Assembly: GCA_918292005.1 (NCBI GenBank) | Contig: CAKJZJ010000007.1 | Location: 21,411-85,410 of the forward strand | Direction of reading: 5' to 3' | DNA length: 64,000 nucleotides | DNA from: Clostridiales bacterium | Lineage (GTDB): Bacteria > Bacillota > Clostridia > Christensenellales > UBA1242 | In this document: piece after piece, positions 20,249 through 31,800 of the stretch | Numbering within the stretch: the stretch's first letter is position 1 | Layout: each line of letters opens with the position of its first letter | The notes under the pieces: generated by a model | The model's input: only the letters and a program-made list of their open reading frames with translations | Told to the model about the DNA's origin: nothing | The model's database searches: none | Position numbers and translations under genes: made by a program

Positions 20249-20345
20249 TAGTGCAGGGGATTATGATTTTTTATATAATGAATTTGGCAAATATGTGTCT
20301 GCATGATATAATTACAGTAATAGTTTCTGTCAAAAGGAGTACTTT

Positions 20346-21380
20346 ATGCCATCAAAAGGTAGTCGTTCAGAATATAGTGGGCAGTCCAAACGATATGCAC
20401 TAGTTAGGGTGTATGAAATATTGAAAGAGTATACCGACGAAGATCATCATATGAAGCAATCTGAATTGGTTGATAAATTGTGTGAACTATACGATCTAAA
20501 TGTCAATAGAAAATTGATTGCCGAGAAAATAGAAGACATTAATTATCTAGGCAAAGATTACGGGCTAGAAGTTTCCAGCGAAAAAGGTAGTGGTACTTAT
20601 CTATTAGGTAGAATGTTTGAAAAAAGTGAAATTAGATTTTTAATTGATGCTGTATTTTCCAGTCGCAGTATTGGTCAAAAGCAGGCTCTAGAGATTACTA
20701 ATAAATTGCAAAAGTTTTTGAGCAAATATGAGAGAAAAAGTTTCAAATATGTAGCGAAGTCGGGAGAGATAACTAGAACGGATAGCAAGTCGGTATTGTA
20801 TAATATTGACACATTACTTACTGCTATAGAGGGTGGTAAAAAAATTTCATTTAATTACAATAGAGAATATCTAGACCAAGAGAAAAATGAAAAAAAGAAA
20901 AACCAAATTAAAACTGCCAGTCCATATTATCTGGTGAATAATCAAGGGAAATATTATCTGGTATGTAATATCGATTGGTTCAATGACATCACTAATCTGC
21001 GTGTAGAGAGAATGTCCAATATTGTAATACTCGATGAAGATGTGCGTGATGTAAAAACAATTCCAGGACTAGAAAAAGGTCTAGATATTAGCAAATATGC
21101 TAATGCAAATATTTACATGTTTGCTACCGATACAATTAATGCAAATATTCGAATAGACAGTGATTATTCTGTAGCATATGTTCTTGACTGGTTTGGCGAT
21201 AATGCTAGGGTATATAAAGGTGATGATGGTCGAATATATGCTAGAATCACTGCTAGTGAATGGGCACTTATATATTGGTGTCTACAATATGGAGAAACAA
21301 TTGAATTATTAGAGCCACACACTACTCGTGAAAAAATAAAAGAAATAGTCGATAAAATGCACAATAATTACAAAGATTAA
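20346..21380 (+). CDS. WYL-domain transcriptional regulator with an N-terminal HTH
   Basis: The N-terminal region has a wHTH-like layout (YALVRVYEILKEYTDEDHHMKQSELVDKL). The central part, SPYYLVNNQGKYYLVCNIDWFNDITNLRVERMSNIVIL, is a typical WYL-domain core. Confidence 0.7.
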   Translation: MPSKGSRSEYSGQSKRYALVRVYEILKEYTDEDHHMKQSELVDKLCELYDLNVNRKLIAEKIEDINYLGKDYGLEVSSEKGSGTYLLGRMFEKSEIRFLIDAVFSSRSIGQKQALEITNKLQKFLSKYERKSFKYVAKSGEITRTDSKSVLYNIDTLLTAIEGGKKISFNYNREYLDQEKNEKKKNQIKTASPYYLVNNQGKYYLVCNIDWFNDITNLRVERMSNIVILDEDVRDVKTIPGLEKGLDISKYANANIYMFATDTINANIRIDSDYSVAYVLDWFGDNARVYKGDDGRIYARITASEWALIYWCLQYGETIELLEPHTTREKIKEIVDKMHNNYKD

Positions 21381-21384
21381 ATAA

Positions 21385-21413
21385 AAAAAGGACGTTGCAA
21401 AATGTCCTTTTTT
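21385..21413. terminator. Bidirectional terminator between the WYL gene and serS
   Basis: Stem AAAGGAC / GTCCTTT with a 10-nt loop and A/T flanks. Confidence 0.6.
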
Positions 21414-21417
21414 GGTA

Positions 21418-22707
21418 TTATTTTTTGAATGGGGTGATTACCTTTTTGCCACCCATGTATTTTTGCAATGCTACTGGGATATTCACTGAGCCATCGGCAT
21501 TGTAATTATTCTCAAGTAGGGCAATAAGCGCACGTGTGCTAGCAAGCACGGTATTATTGAGTGTATGCAGATAGTAATTGCCCTTTTCGCCTTTTGCTCT
21601 GATATTTAGACGTCTGGCTTGAGCATCGCCGAGTGTAGAGCAAGAGCATACTTCAAAATACTTTTTCTGTCTAGGTGACCATGCTTCTATATCGCAAGAT
21701 TTTACCTTTAGGTCGGCTAGGTCTCCACTACAACATTCCAAAGTTCTAACAGGGATATCTAGACTGCGGAATAATTCTACCGAGTATGACCACATTTTGT
21801 TATACCAGTCCATACTTTCTTCTGGTTTACATAATACTACCATCTCTTGTTTTTCGAATTGGTGTACTCTATATATACCACGTTCTTCAATACCATGCGC
21901 ACCCACTTCTTTTCTAAAGCATGGAGAGTATGATGTCATGGTAATAGGGAGTGCATTTTCATTGATTATTTGACCTTTGAATTTGCCTATCATGGAATGT
22001 TCAGATGTACCTATTAGATATAGGTCTTCGCCTTCGATTTTGTACATCATGGCATCCATCTCTGCAAAACTCATTACGCCATTGACTACGTCGCCCCTTA
22101 TCATAAAAGGTGGTAGGCAGTATGTGAATCCTTTGTCTATCATAAAGTCCCTAGCATAAGATATCATGGCAGATACTAGTCTCGCACCATCACCTATTAG
22201 ATAATAGAATCCATTACCACTAGTCCTACCTGCGCTCTCTTTATCTAGAGCGTCGAATGTAGCAAGTATGTCTGCATGATATGGTATCTCATATTCTGGC
22301 ACCCTTGGCTCGCCAAATTTCTCTATCTCTACATTCTCGCTATCATCTTTTCCGATAGGTACAGACTTGTCTATAATATTAGGAATGGTTAGCATTATTT
22401 TTCTTATTTTTTCTACCAATTCTTCTTCGTTCTTTTCTATCTCTTTTATTCTATCATTGATAGCAGATACTTCGGCTTTTATCTTATTTGCTTCGTCTAT
22501 TTTTTTCTCTTTCATGAGACCACCGATGGTAGTAGATAGAGTATTCCTTTTGGCTCTTAGAGTGTCACCCTCGCTCTTTAGATTTCTATTCTCGGTGTCT
22601 AGTTTTAGTACTTCATCGACCAGGGGTAGTTTGCTATCCTGATATTTCTTTTTGATATTTTCTCTGACCAAATCGGGATTTGTTCTGATTAAATTTATGT
22701 CTATCAT
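21418..22707 (-). CDS. serS: Seryl-tRNA synthetase
   Basis: MIDINLIRTNPDLVRENIKKK, an N-terminal coiled-coil arm and class II core motifs (FRKEVGAHG, RVHQFEKQEMV, LNNTVLASTRALIALLEN) are present. Length is 429 aa. Confidence 0.95.
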   Translation of the reverse strand: MIDINLIRTNPDLVRENIKKKYQDSKLPLVDEVLKLDTENRNLKSEGDTLRAKRNTLSTTIGGLMKEKKIDEANKIKAEVSAINDRIKEIEKNEEELVEKIRKIMLTIPNIIDKSVPIGKDDSENVEIEKFGEPRVPEYEIPYHADILATFDALDKESAGRTSGNGFYYLIGDGARLVSAMISYARDFMIDKGFTYCLPPFMIRGDVVNGVMSFAEMDAMMYKIEGEDLYLIGTSEHSMIGKFKGQIINENALPITMTSYSPCFRKEVGAHGIEERGIYRVHQFEKQEMVVLCKPEESMDWYNKMWSYSVELFRSLDIPVRTLECCSGDLADLKVKSCDIEAWSPRQKKYFEVCSCSTLGDAQARRLNIRAKGEKGNYYLHTLNNTVLASTRALIALLENNYNADGSVNIPVALQKYMGGKKVITPFKK

Positions 22708-22814
22708 AATAATCTCCTTGATGTAATTTTTGACAATTATATTTGGTTTTGTGTCATAAAGTATATATGTTATGACATTTTATTGTTGGTTTTTGTGGTG
22801 TGTGAGTCGGTGTA

Positions 22815-23080
22815 AAAATAAAAAAATTCACCACAGAAAAACAAATTTTTCTAGAGGTGAAATGTAAATATCTATTCCACGGTGCCACTCTAATTGGATA
22901 CGAGTCCCACTCAATTATTGACATTCTGGTACACGTCATATGTGGTGCTTTCACACCAGTCTTTTAGGGTGGAAAATGTAGTACTATTTGATTCACCCTT
23001 TCAGCGTAGACCAAGTGAACTCTCTGGCAAATGTAATGTACATTATTCCCTAATGCTATCGACTACCTATTTAATTGTCA
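22815..23080 (-). promoter_or_regulatory. T-box leader (tRNA-sensing riboswitch) upstream of serS
   Basis: On the minus strand, AATTAGAGTGGCACCGTGGAA (22877-22895) matches the conserved T-box sequence. Upstream lie AGAGAG and GCTGAAAGGGTGA stem I elements. The Ser codons UCA (in a GAA-UCA-A context) and AGU lie in the specifier region. A terminator helix at about 22820-22858 is followed by a T-run. Confidence 0.8.
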
Positions 23081-23087
23081 TACACTT

Positions 23088-23115
23088 ATTATATCCCAAA
23101 ATTTTGTTTTGTCAA
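23088..23115 (-). promoter_or_regulatory. Sigma-70-type promoter for the serS T-box leader
   Basis: Minus strand: TTGACA (23115-23110), a 16-nt spacer, then TATAAT (23093-23088). Confidence 0.6.
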
Positions 23116-23202
23116 TGTTTTGATAAATGTTTTTACGACTATGTTTAAAGGTGTGAGTATTTGTGCATAATTGGTATATGGAAAATAACGGAGGTGGAGC
23201 AA

Positions 23203-23790
23203 GTGGTAGATTTTAAAGAATCCAAAACGAGAGAAAATCTGGCTAGGGCATTTGCAGGAGAATGTCAAGATGGTGCTAGGTACCAGTTTTTAGCGATGCA
23301 GGCAGAACAGGAGGGGTATGCATTCCTGCAGACAATATTCAAAATTCATGCAAAAAATGAAATGGCACATGCCAAAAGATTTTATGACCTAATATCCGAG
23401 CATAGCATAGTAAGTGAAAAAAATATTGATATATGTGGTGGGTATCCATTCACCCATGGCACACTGCTAGAGCAGATGAAAGCGACCATGGAGACAGAGA
23501 AATCCCAGAGTGATGTGGTGTATCCCGATTTTGCTAATGTTGCTAGGGATGAGGGGTATGATGATGTTGCGTATGCATTTGAATGTGCAGGACTGGTAGA
23601 AGATCATCATAGGCAGGTGGTCGCAGATCTATATACCAAACTCAAGGCAGGCAAACTCTACAAAAGTGGTGCTGTGAATCTATGGAAATGCTCATATTGT
23701 GGGTATATGGAAAGATCCAAACAAGCATGGCAGACCTGTCCTAGTTGTCTAAAACCACAGGGGTACTGTGAAGTGCATTGTGAAGAATAA
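23203..23790 (+). CDS. rbr: Rubrerythrin
   Basis: The ferritin-like diiron region is TRENLARAFAGECQDGARYQF...NEMAHAKRF. The C-terminal rubredoxin-like motif is CSYCGY...CPSC. The start is most likely GTG at 23203, 8 nt after GGAGG. The ORF-track start at 23161 has no RBS. Confidence 0.9.
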   Translation: MVDFKESKTRENLARAFAGECQDGARYQFLAMQAEQEGYAFLQTIFKIHAKNEMAHAKRFYDLISEHSIVSEKNIDICGGYPFTHGTLLEQMKATMETEKSQSDVVYPDFANVARDEGYDDVAYAFECAGLVEDHHRQVVADLYTKLKAGKLYKSGAVNLWKCSYCGYMERSKQAWQTCPSCLKPQGYCEVHCEE

Positions 23791-23794
23791 AAAA

Positions 23795-23822
23795 AGTCGC
23801 ATATTTTGCGACTCTTTTTTTA
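23795..23822. terminator. Bidirectional terminator
   Basis: Stem AGTCGCA / TGCGACT with a 5-nt loop and A/T flanks. Confidence 0.65.
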
Positions 23823-25610
23823 TCTATCTAATGTGTAACAATGACTTTCAAAGATTATAACTGTATGGTCTTTATCTGCGTATAATTCGGTAGGGGCGTA
23901 TCCACTAGATGTGTAGCCTGTGAGACTGGTCATTAGTTTGCCTTCGATATTGTAGAAATCATAGTCGTAAAGACCATTACTTTCCTTTATTCTTAAAACA
24001 AGGGTAAGATGCTCGGTAAATACTGTTCTAGCGAAAGTGTAATCTATATCATTGTAGGTGTGTGCTTGATTGCCATTTACAATTATTCTATATGGATTTT
24101 TCTCCCTAATTCCTAGGTTTTCTAGGTAATATGATGTGGTCGTATTCGCTCCATCTATTACCGTTTCTTTTACCGAATAATACTTTGTGCTATATGTATT
24201 TTCTATTTCAGTTTTTAGATACTTTTTGATAATATCGCCATTATGATTACATACGTATGCGTATGTGTCGGTTGCACTCTTGAGTACTATTGCATTTTCG
24301 GTGGTGAAATATTCATTATAATCGCTAAAATCTGCTAGTTTTTTATAGTTATTACCTATTAATGTGATATCGCCAGTAGCAGATGTTGCTATGTAATGAT
24401 TTTTGGATATTTTGGTAATGCTGTCAAATTTGTAATCAATGGCCTGGGTTTGTAATCGGTCGTTTACTACATAGTAACTCTCGACATCTGCCCTTTTACC
24501 TTTAATTTTTACTAGTTTTAATAGCGCTGTTTCGTTATTAAAATCTGTATTGGTTTCGACAACAACGTATTTAAACTTTGCTTTGCTGATGTCACCCGTC
24601 TTTAGATTGATTTTGTATGTGTCTACATTGTAGTAGTATGATTTGTCTGCTACAGTGGTCTGCAGGTCGTATTTTTTACTATCTGTAGGTACCAAACATT
24701 GTACAAAGAATTTGTCGCCTATCTGGAAATATTTGTTTATATTTTCTGCCTGAATATCGTTGATTTCTGCAGTTCCTAATTTGTGATAATTGATGTCATA
24801 TACGACGAATTTATTGTATGTACTGTGTGTTCCTGTATTCTGTAGATTTACTAGTCTTGGTGTTCCATTTTTGGTGAAGAATAATTGCAAATCTTTTTCT
24901 TCTGGTTTTAAACCAATATCGTTGTTGATGGTTTGTATGAGTTCATGCTGTCCACGTTTGATTTTGTATAGATTGGTGTAGTGCATATCATCTGTTGTGG
25001 TGATGTCCCATGTCTCGTACCAGTATTTGTCCACATCATAATATACTTGTAATAGTTCGGCATTCTGCACGTGCACTTCTTTGAGTACAAATTTATTTTT
25101 TGCTGTTGCTTTTACGCTACCTGCGCTAGATACTATATTTACAGATTTTTCCTTTATATAGGCAGTATTTGATTCTGAATTTTTGCTGTAATTAACTACG
25201 CCTATATCTCTACCATGCTCTTCTAATAGATTGATAATATTATGAGATTCGCCATTGTCTACAGTCTTGTAATATGCATGTCCATCTGCAATATTTTTCT
25301 CTACCAATGTGATACTATCGTGTGTCGTAGGTATTACAAAGTCTCTATCTATGTACGAGTAAACACCCACTTTGTCTTGATTGTTTTTGATTATTTTGGT
25401 TGCATTGTTGCTAATAGTCGCCGACACTGCAGAATATTCAAATTCATCATAGCCACACTCTATCATCTGGGTGTGATTATTGAGTGTAACGGTGTCGTTT
25501 GGCGTAATATTAAATCTTTTGATTGCTACCAGGATTATTGTAATAGCCAGTCCTAAAACGACTAGACCGATACATATTGCACTGGTAATTATTTTCGCTT
25601 TTTTGCTCAT
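23820..25610 (-). CDS. N-terminally membrane-anchored hypothetical protein, 596 aa
   Basis: RBS AGGAG. A single N-terminal TM (IITSAICIGLVVLGLAITIILVAI) precedes a Tyr/Asn/Thr-rich extracytoplasmic region with no recognised motif. Confidence 0.6.
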   Translation of the reverse strand: MSKKAKIITSAICIGLVVLGLAITIILVAIKRFNITPNDTVTLNNHTQMIECGYDEFEYSAVSATISNNATKIIKNNQDKVGVYSYIDRDFVIPTTHDSITLVEKNIADGHAYYKTVDNGESHNIINLLEEHGRDIGVVNYSKNSESNTAYIKEKSVNIVSSAGSVKATAKNKFVLKEVHVQNAELLQVYYDVDKYWYETWDITTTDDMHYTNLYKIKRGQHELIQTINNDIGLKPEEKDLQLFFTKNGTPRLVNLQNTGTHSTYNKFVVYDINYHKLGTAEINDIQAENINKYFQIGDKFFVQCLVPTDSKKYDLQTTVADKSYYYNVDTYKINLKTGDISKAKFKYVVVETNTDFNNETALLKLVKIKGKRADVESYYVVNDRLQTQAIDYKFDSITKISKNHYIATSATGDITLIGNNYKKLADFSDYNEYFTTENAIVLKSATDTYAYVCNHNGDIIKKYLKTEIENTYSTKYYSVKETVIDGANTTTSYYLENLGIREKNPYRIIVNGNQAHTYNDIDYTFARTVFTEHLTLVLRIKESNGLYDYDFYNIEGKLMTSLTGYTSSGYAPTELYADKDHTVIIFESHCYTLDR

Positions 25611-25787
25611 ACTTACTCCTATGTTTTTTTACTTCCATTTTATTATAGTACAGCCTGTAAAAAAAGTCAAAAATTTAGCAAAATTTTAGACAGATTTTAG
25701 ATATTTTTTATTTGTTTGTACAATCTATAAATATATAGAAAAATATTAATATATATAGCGAATTAGTTTTTTATTTTCGACAAATTG

Positions 25788-25796
25788 TGCTAGAAT
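25788..25796 (+). promoter_or_regulatory. Extended -10 promoter element upstream of the giant gene
   Basis: TGC-TAGAAT (TGn + -10) lies 42 nt upstream of the ATG. The -35 region is weak. Confidence 0.4.
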
Positions 25797-25838
25797 GTAC
25801 TATGTAAGACTATAAATTTTATTTAATAGGTGATTTGA

Positions 25839-28800
25839 ATGAAAAAGGTAAAAACGATTTTAACTAGTATTTTGTTGCTTCTAGCGAGTGCATTTATTAC
25901 TGCATGTTCGTGCTCGGAAGAGGCAGACATTACACACATCTATGCCCAGAAGATGACCATAGAGTGTGTGGGTGAAGCAGATAAATTTAATCCTAGGGAT
26001 GAGGGTGGCACTCTCACATTGGACGCCAATGTGGGTGATGTTTTTCAGATTAGGTATAGTCTGACACCAGTAGACACCACCGATACCAAGGTTACCTGGG
26101 ATGTTAGTGATAAGACTTATCTAGCACCAGAGAATGAGAGTGTATGGAGTTATACCAAAAGTATTAGTGAAGATGTTTCTTTCCGTGTAAAGAATTACTC
26201 TACCACCGATGCTACTAAAAATAGGATAACTCTAACCTTCCGTGCTATCAAGGGTGCAAAAGACCTATACTACGAAGAACGTGTAATAGTCAATATTTAC
26301 CCTAGGGCAGAGAATAAGCCTACTCTTTCTGCACCTGTAGGACTCAAATATGACGGAGCAAAGGGCGAGATTAGTTGGGATCCTATTACCACCGTTATTA
26401 CATCTACGGGAGAGACGATTCTAGCCGATAGAGAGAATGGTGCAGCAAAAGGACTACTGGGCTACACACTCAAAATCACCAATTATGAAACAAATGAAAC
26501 CAAGGACGTAACAATAGGTAATCGTACCCAGGTAAAATACAATATTCACGAATTGAAAGATGACAATAATAAAGAATTTATCGTACCTGGCAAAACCTAC
26601 GGATTTTCTGTACTTGCTAGTGCAGATGGTAGAAATGCCGTTATGGGCGACCGTAGTGCCGAATTCAAATTTCATCAGATACCTATTCCTGAGATAGTAG
26701 ATACCGATGATAGACATGTATCATCTGGTGTAATTCCTGTTAAAAATGCATCATATAATACTGCCAATAATGCACTAACTATGAAAACGATTGTGTCTTA
26801 TGGCAAATTCAATAATGAGATACAGAAAAAAGAATTTGATACAACATCTGGTATCTTTAATGTAGACGTAAAGACTTTCTTCAATTATGATAATTTCAAT
26901 CAGTTCAATATCTCTATGGCCACATATCCTAGTGGATATTTTGAGAATTCTGATAATAATGGTAGAAGATATCAAGACTTAGGCTACATTATAGGCGAGA
27001 CTACCGGTGGCATCAAAAATGTACACATTTATCCTAGTCTAGAGTGCAAAATGCTCTATGATACCGAAAATCAAAAAGTTGTGACAGGTACTGCTACTAG
27101 TGCAACTTTGTTAGAACTTCCTATCGAAAAATTTGAAGTACCTAGCATTGAAATACTCAATAGAGAGGGTACCTGTGCTATCGACTGGAAAGTTTCGGGT
27201 AATAATAAACATACAGAATTTGAAGATTCGGCACTATCTAGTGTACTACATTTCAGTAATACTAGGACACCTGCATACAATGCATACCAGACACAATACC
27301 TGGTAGAGATATTCAATGACTCTCAGGTAAAGGTATATTCACAGAGAATTGCCGGCGAGAGTGTAGAACTCAATAGCCTACCATTAGATAAAAATGGTGG
27401 TAATTATATCGTGAAAGTAAGCAGAGTGGGTAATGAAAGACTAGTTATAGGCAGTGCTGTTAAAGAATTCTCTTTCTATTATCTAGGTGCATTAGGCGCT
27501 ATAGATGGACAGTGGTATATAGAGAATGGTAATACTCTGGCTATTGCAGATAGTTTTGCAATATCTGGTGTAGAATTGTACTTCCTAGATCAATCGTATG
27601 GTATCTATGGAGACACTACAGATGATTCTACCAAAATACGTTTGGGACTTACCAGTAATTACGAGACCAGTCTAGACCTATCTCTAGCAGGTCTACCTGC
27701 AGGAACATATCAGGTATTCGGCAGATATTTGGGTATCTATGATGATGACGACAATAATAATATCGTATGTACTGCAACGGGTGGAATTTTAACCGAAGAA
27801 AGTTTCAATAGTCCATTATTCACATTTACAGTAACTGCACCTATTGCAGACAATTATGTAGAGTCTAGTGGTAATATCATGTGGAGACCAGTAGAGGGTG
27901 TAGAGTACTATGATATTATTTTGGGCTATCGTCGCGATAAGAATGAAGAATTAAAAAAAATTGCTACTATTAGAGTAAGTGTACGTGATGCTGTGGATGA
28001 CTATCTACATGCACATGCAGTATCTGTAACCAATAGCGAGACACACGTAACTACTATCACAAATTACTACATTAATATTAGCGAACTAGTTGACTTGCTA
28101 GTGACCACTCCAGACGAGCCTGCTGGTAGTATTATAGACAAGGCTCTAGGTCTGCAGGGTATCGCTCCTGTAATGATGTTGAATTCGAATGCACAATTCA
28201 ATTACAGCATTATAGCCAAAGGGGCAGATGCCGTAGGTAATATTCCTATGAGAGTAGATTCTATTGCTACTCGTTCGGTTAAATTTGGTATGGTAGAGCC
28301 TACTGGCAATAAATTGCTTGCCAATGCGACATTCAATAAAAGCGAGACGGGTTCGGCACTAGAACCAGATGCATATGTGCTTAGTTTCGAAGTTCCAGAG
28401 TCATATAGTGAAAACCAGAGAATTATGCTGGGACTACGTATAGAAGAAAAGCAAGATGGCGAGGTAATCAGTTCTGTCACATACTGGACTGGCTCACTAC
28501 CACTGAGTGACTATAGAGATGCTATTGATGAGAATATAAGAAAAATTGCTCTCAATAATGAGCAATTAATACTTGGCAATAATAATTATGCATATTTCCA
28601 TAGAATGATACCTAGGGATAGCGAAAGATACAATGTAGCCATTATCGTGAAAACTATTGGTACTCGTGGTCAGGCAACTCAAGTGGGTTGGCTAGACAAT
28701 GAGACTTTCACATACTTCAATGCAGTAAGTGAGACTCCGGACACATTGGCAGTAACCAATGAAGGAATACTCACATGGAATACTACAGCAACAGCAACTA

Positions 28801-31800
28801 CAGATGCTCCTAGCGCAGATGTCAAATATCTAGTTAGATTCTATGTAGAAGACGATAATGTTCCTGCCAATCTAGTAGAAGATGTGACTTTGCGTAGAAT
28901 AGTATCTCAGAGCGAAGATGGCGGTGAATATTCATATAGCCTAGATGTAGGTAGTGCTATTAGTTCTAAATACACGGGTAAAAACGTTACTATCAAAGTA
29001 CAAGAGATTGTGGATTCAGCCACATTCACAGGACCAGAGTCGGCAGGACTAGTTGTAGTGAAATTGGCAACACCAGTTGTGACTAGAGTTGCTACCGATA
29101 AGACATTCACATGGACTGCTATTCCTGGTGCTACCGGATACAGGTATTGTATCATGGGCGAAAATGAGCCAGTAATAGGCGAGACTACCAATACTACATT
29201 TACCATAGATGCTGTAATGACACCAGGCGAATATACATTCACAGTAGTTGCTATGTCTGATGTTGCAGGTGTGGTATATAGCGAAGCATCTAGTGCTACA
29301 TCGGGTGCATTCGTAGTATTGAGTGGAGAAATTACTTGTGTAGTAAATGAGACTAGCCTGGTATGGTCATCTATTGCTACAGGCACATCATATACAGTGA
29401 AATACTGGATAGAAGATGATCCTGAGCATGGAATAGACCACCCATGGATAGAAGAACTCGGAGTAGATGTAACAGAACTAAATGTAGACCAATTATTCGA
29501 GAATGGTCAGACATATAAAGTTCAGATCACTCCGCATGTGAATTGGCTAAATGGTGCGTATGCTATAGAGAGTGCCATAAGTCTAAGTTCACAATCAATC
29601 ACTAGAACAGAAGGATTGGGTGTGGGGGCTATAGATACCCATGATGGTGTACTAGTAGTGACAGCCCCATCTACTCAAGAATATACTCTGCAATTATACG
29701 AATACAATGCAGGTGCATATGATCCTATAATTATTGATGCAGAGAATGACATTGTACACGAAGATGATTCCAGCGTGTACACTATATACCTGAGAAATAT
29801 TACTCCAGGCGCACATACTATTCATATTAGACTTGCTCAAGAAAATCTAGTTACTTCTAGACTATCCAATGGTGCTAATATTACCAAAATTGGTCAGGTG
29901 GTTGTAACTGGTAATGATAGTGAAAAACTCATTAAAGATGGGGAATATCTATACTGGAATCCAGTAGAATATGCCAATATGTACCTAATCAAATCAATGA
30001 ATGGCGACACTCTAGTAGGACAGACCAATGTAATGGTAAGATATGATGGTACTACATACGTAGCATACGACTACTGTGATCTAACTACAATGACATTCCT
30101 ATCGGTTAATCAGACATCATATTTTGACACAGATACTGAGACTCTCAGAGTACCAGTGCCTGGTGTTGATGATGATTTAGGTGAACATGAAATCATCATA
30201 TACAATATCGTTGACTATGTAAATGGTAGAATCAAATTCTATTTTGACGAAGACATATTTATTGATGATTGTACTGGTGTATTTACCATATCTATTACTC
30301 CTACAGTTATAGACGATTTGAATATAGCATATCCTAGTCTCAAACTAATCAATGGTCAGCCTGCCACTATGGATAATACTATTACCAAATTGAATGCAAA
30401 CCTAACTGCAGGTGTGGAAAATGGTAGAGTAGTATTCTATACTATGGCGAATGATCCAGAAACAAATGAGTCAGTCAAAGTATATAATTATGTTGCTGAT
30501 ACTACCGAAAGTGGTGAAGCAGCTAGCCCAGTTGCAATATACTACGAGATACGTAGATATACTATAGAAGAAGTTCAACCAGAAGATCCAGAGGCTGATC
30601 CTGTCAGCACTAGAGTGTACGATGATAATAATACTATCACTGGTGTATACTCCAATTCTGCTACATGGACATCACTAAATGTAACTAATGTAAATACCAT
30701 TGATGGAGACCTAGTTGCTATATCTCTGAATACTAATGGCTCCGACCTAGATGTTGGTATGTACGAAGTTCGTTGGGTGGTTGCCGGAGATGGCAATTAT
30801 ATACTCGCTGCCAGTGGAAATCCAATAGGAGCATTGATATTGGGTGGTGTCAATAGATACAACACACTTAATGATCCAGTAGAAAAATTGGAGACGGTAG
30901 TCATCAATACATACCAGGGAGAAATCTCATGGTCCAGCGCAAATGAATTAAACAATAATAACGTATATATCGTGAATATCACTAGCAGTGATGAGAGTGA
31001 AAATTACACCATATACGTACCTGCTACTAATGTAGATAGTGAAGAAATAGAGGGAGAACAGGAGGGCGATCCTAGTACCTATAGATTCACTCTAACAGAA
31101 GACAAATTAGTATATATGGACGAGAATGAAGACGAACAATTATTCGTATTCGAGCCAAACAAACTATATACTATCAAAGTTATGGTAACTGCTACCGGCA
31201 AGATTAATTCTCAATGGTCACAGAATTTCAATGTAAAGAAATTATTGGCACCTACCAATACTAGAATAACTCTATTGGACTGGGATACCAATGATACCAA
31301 TAGCATGAATGTAGTACCAGTTGTCCTATATACCAATAGCAATACGGTGGCTACTCCACTGAAATTGCAGGTATTGTATGGTACAGACAGTTTGAGACCT
31401 GCACTAGGTTTCGATAGGTCTAATGCTAGTTACAAGATGAAACTAGATACCACATTGGATCTAGGTAATACAACAATCAAACTAAGATATTTGGGTAATA
31501 CCACCGTTGGTACCAATAATGTAGGTTTGCTAACATCTAGTTTTACTCAAGGTGAAGATCTTACCTATGTGGCAGATGTAGCCAGCGTAGTAGTAAATAA
31601 CGGCATGATTAGTTGGGAAGAAGTAGACGGTGCATATAGTTATAGAGTAACCGTTTATACCAAAGCACAGTATTCGGCATACATTAGTTATCTCTCTGGT
31701 GGTGCTAAACCTGTAGCAAAACTCGAGAAATATACTACAGGTACTACATACGATTTGACTGCCGATGGTATAGCAACATCTCTAAATGAGAGTGGTGGAT

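Noticed and set aside
22754-22954. 66-aa minus-strand ORF upstream of serS
   Set aside because: It lies within the T-box leader, covering the conserved T-box sequence and terminator, so it is non-coding.
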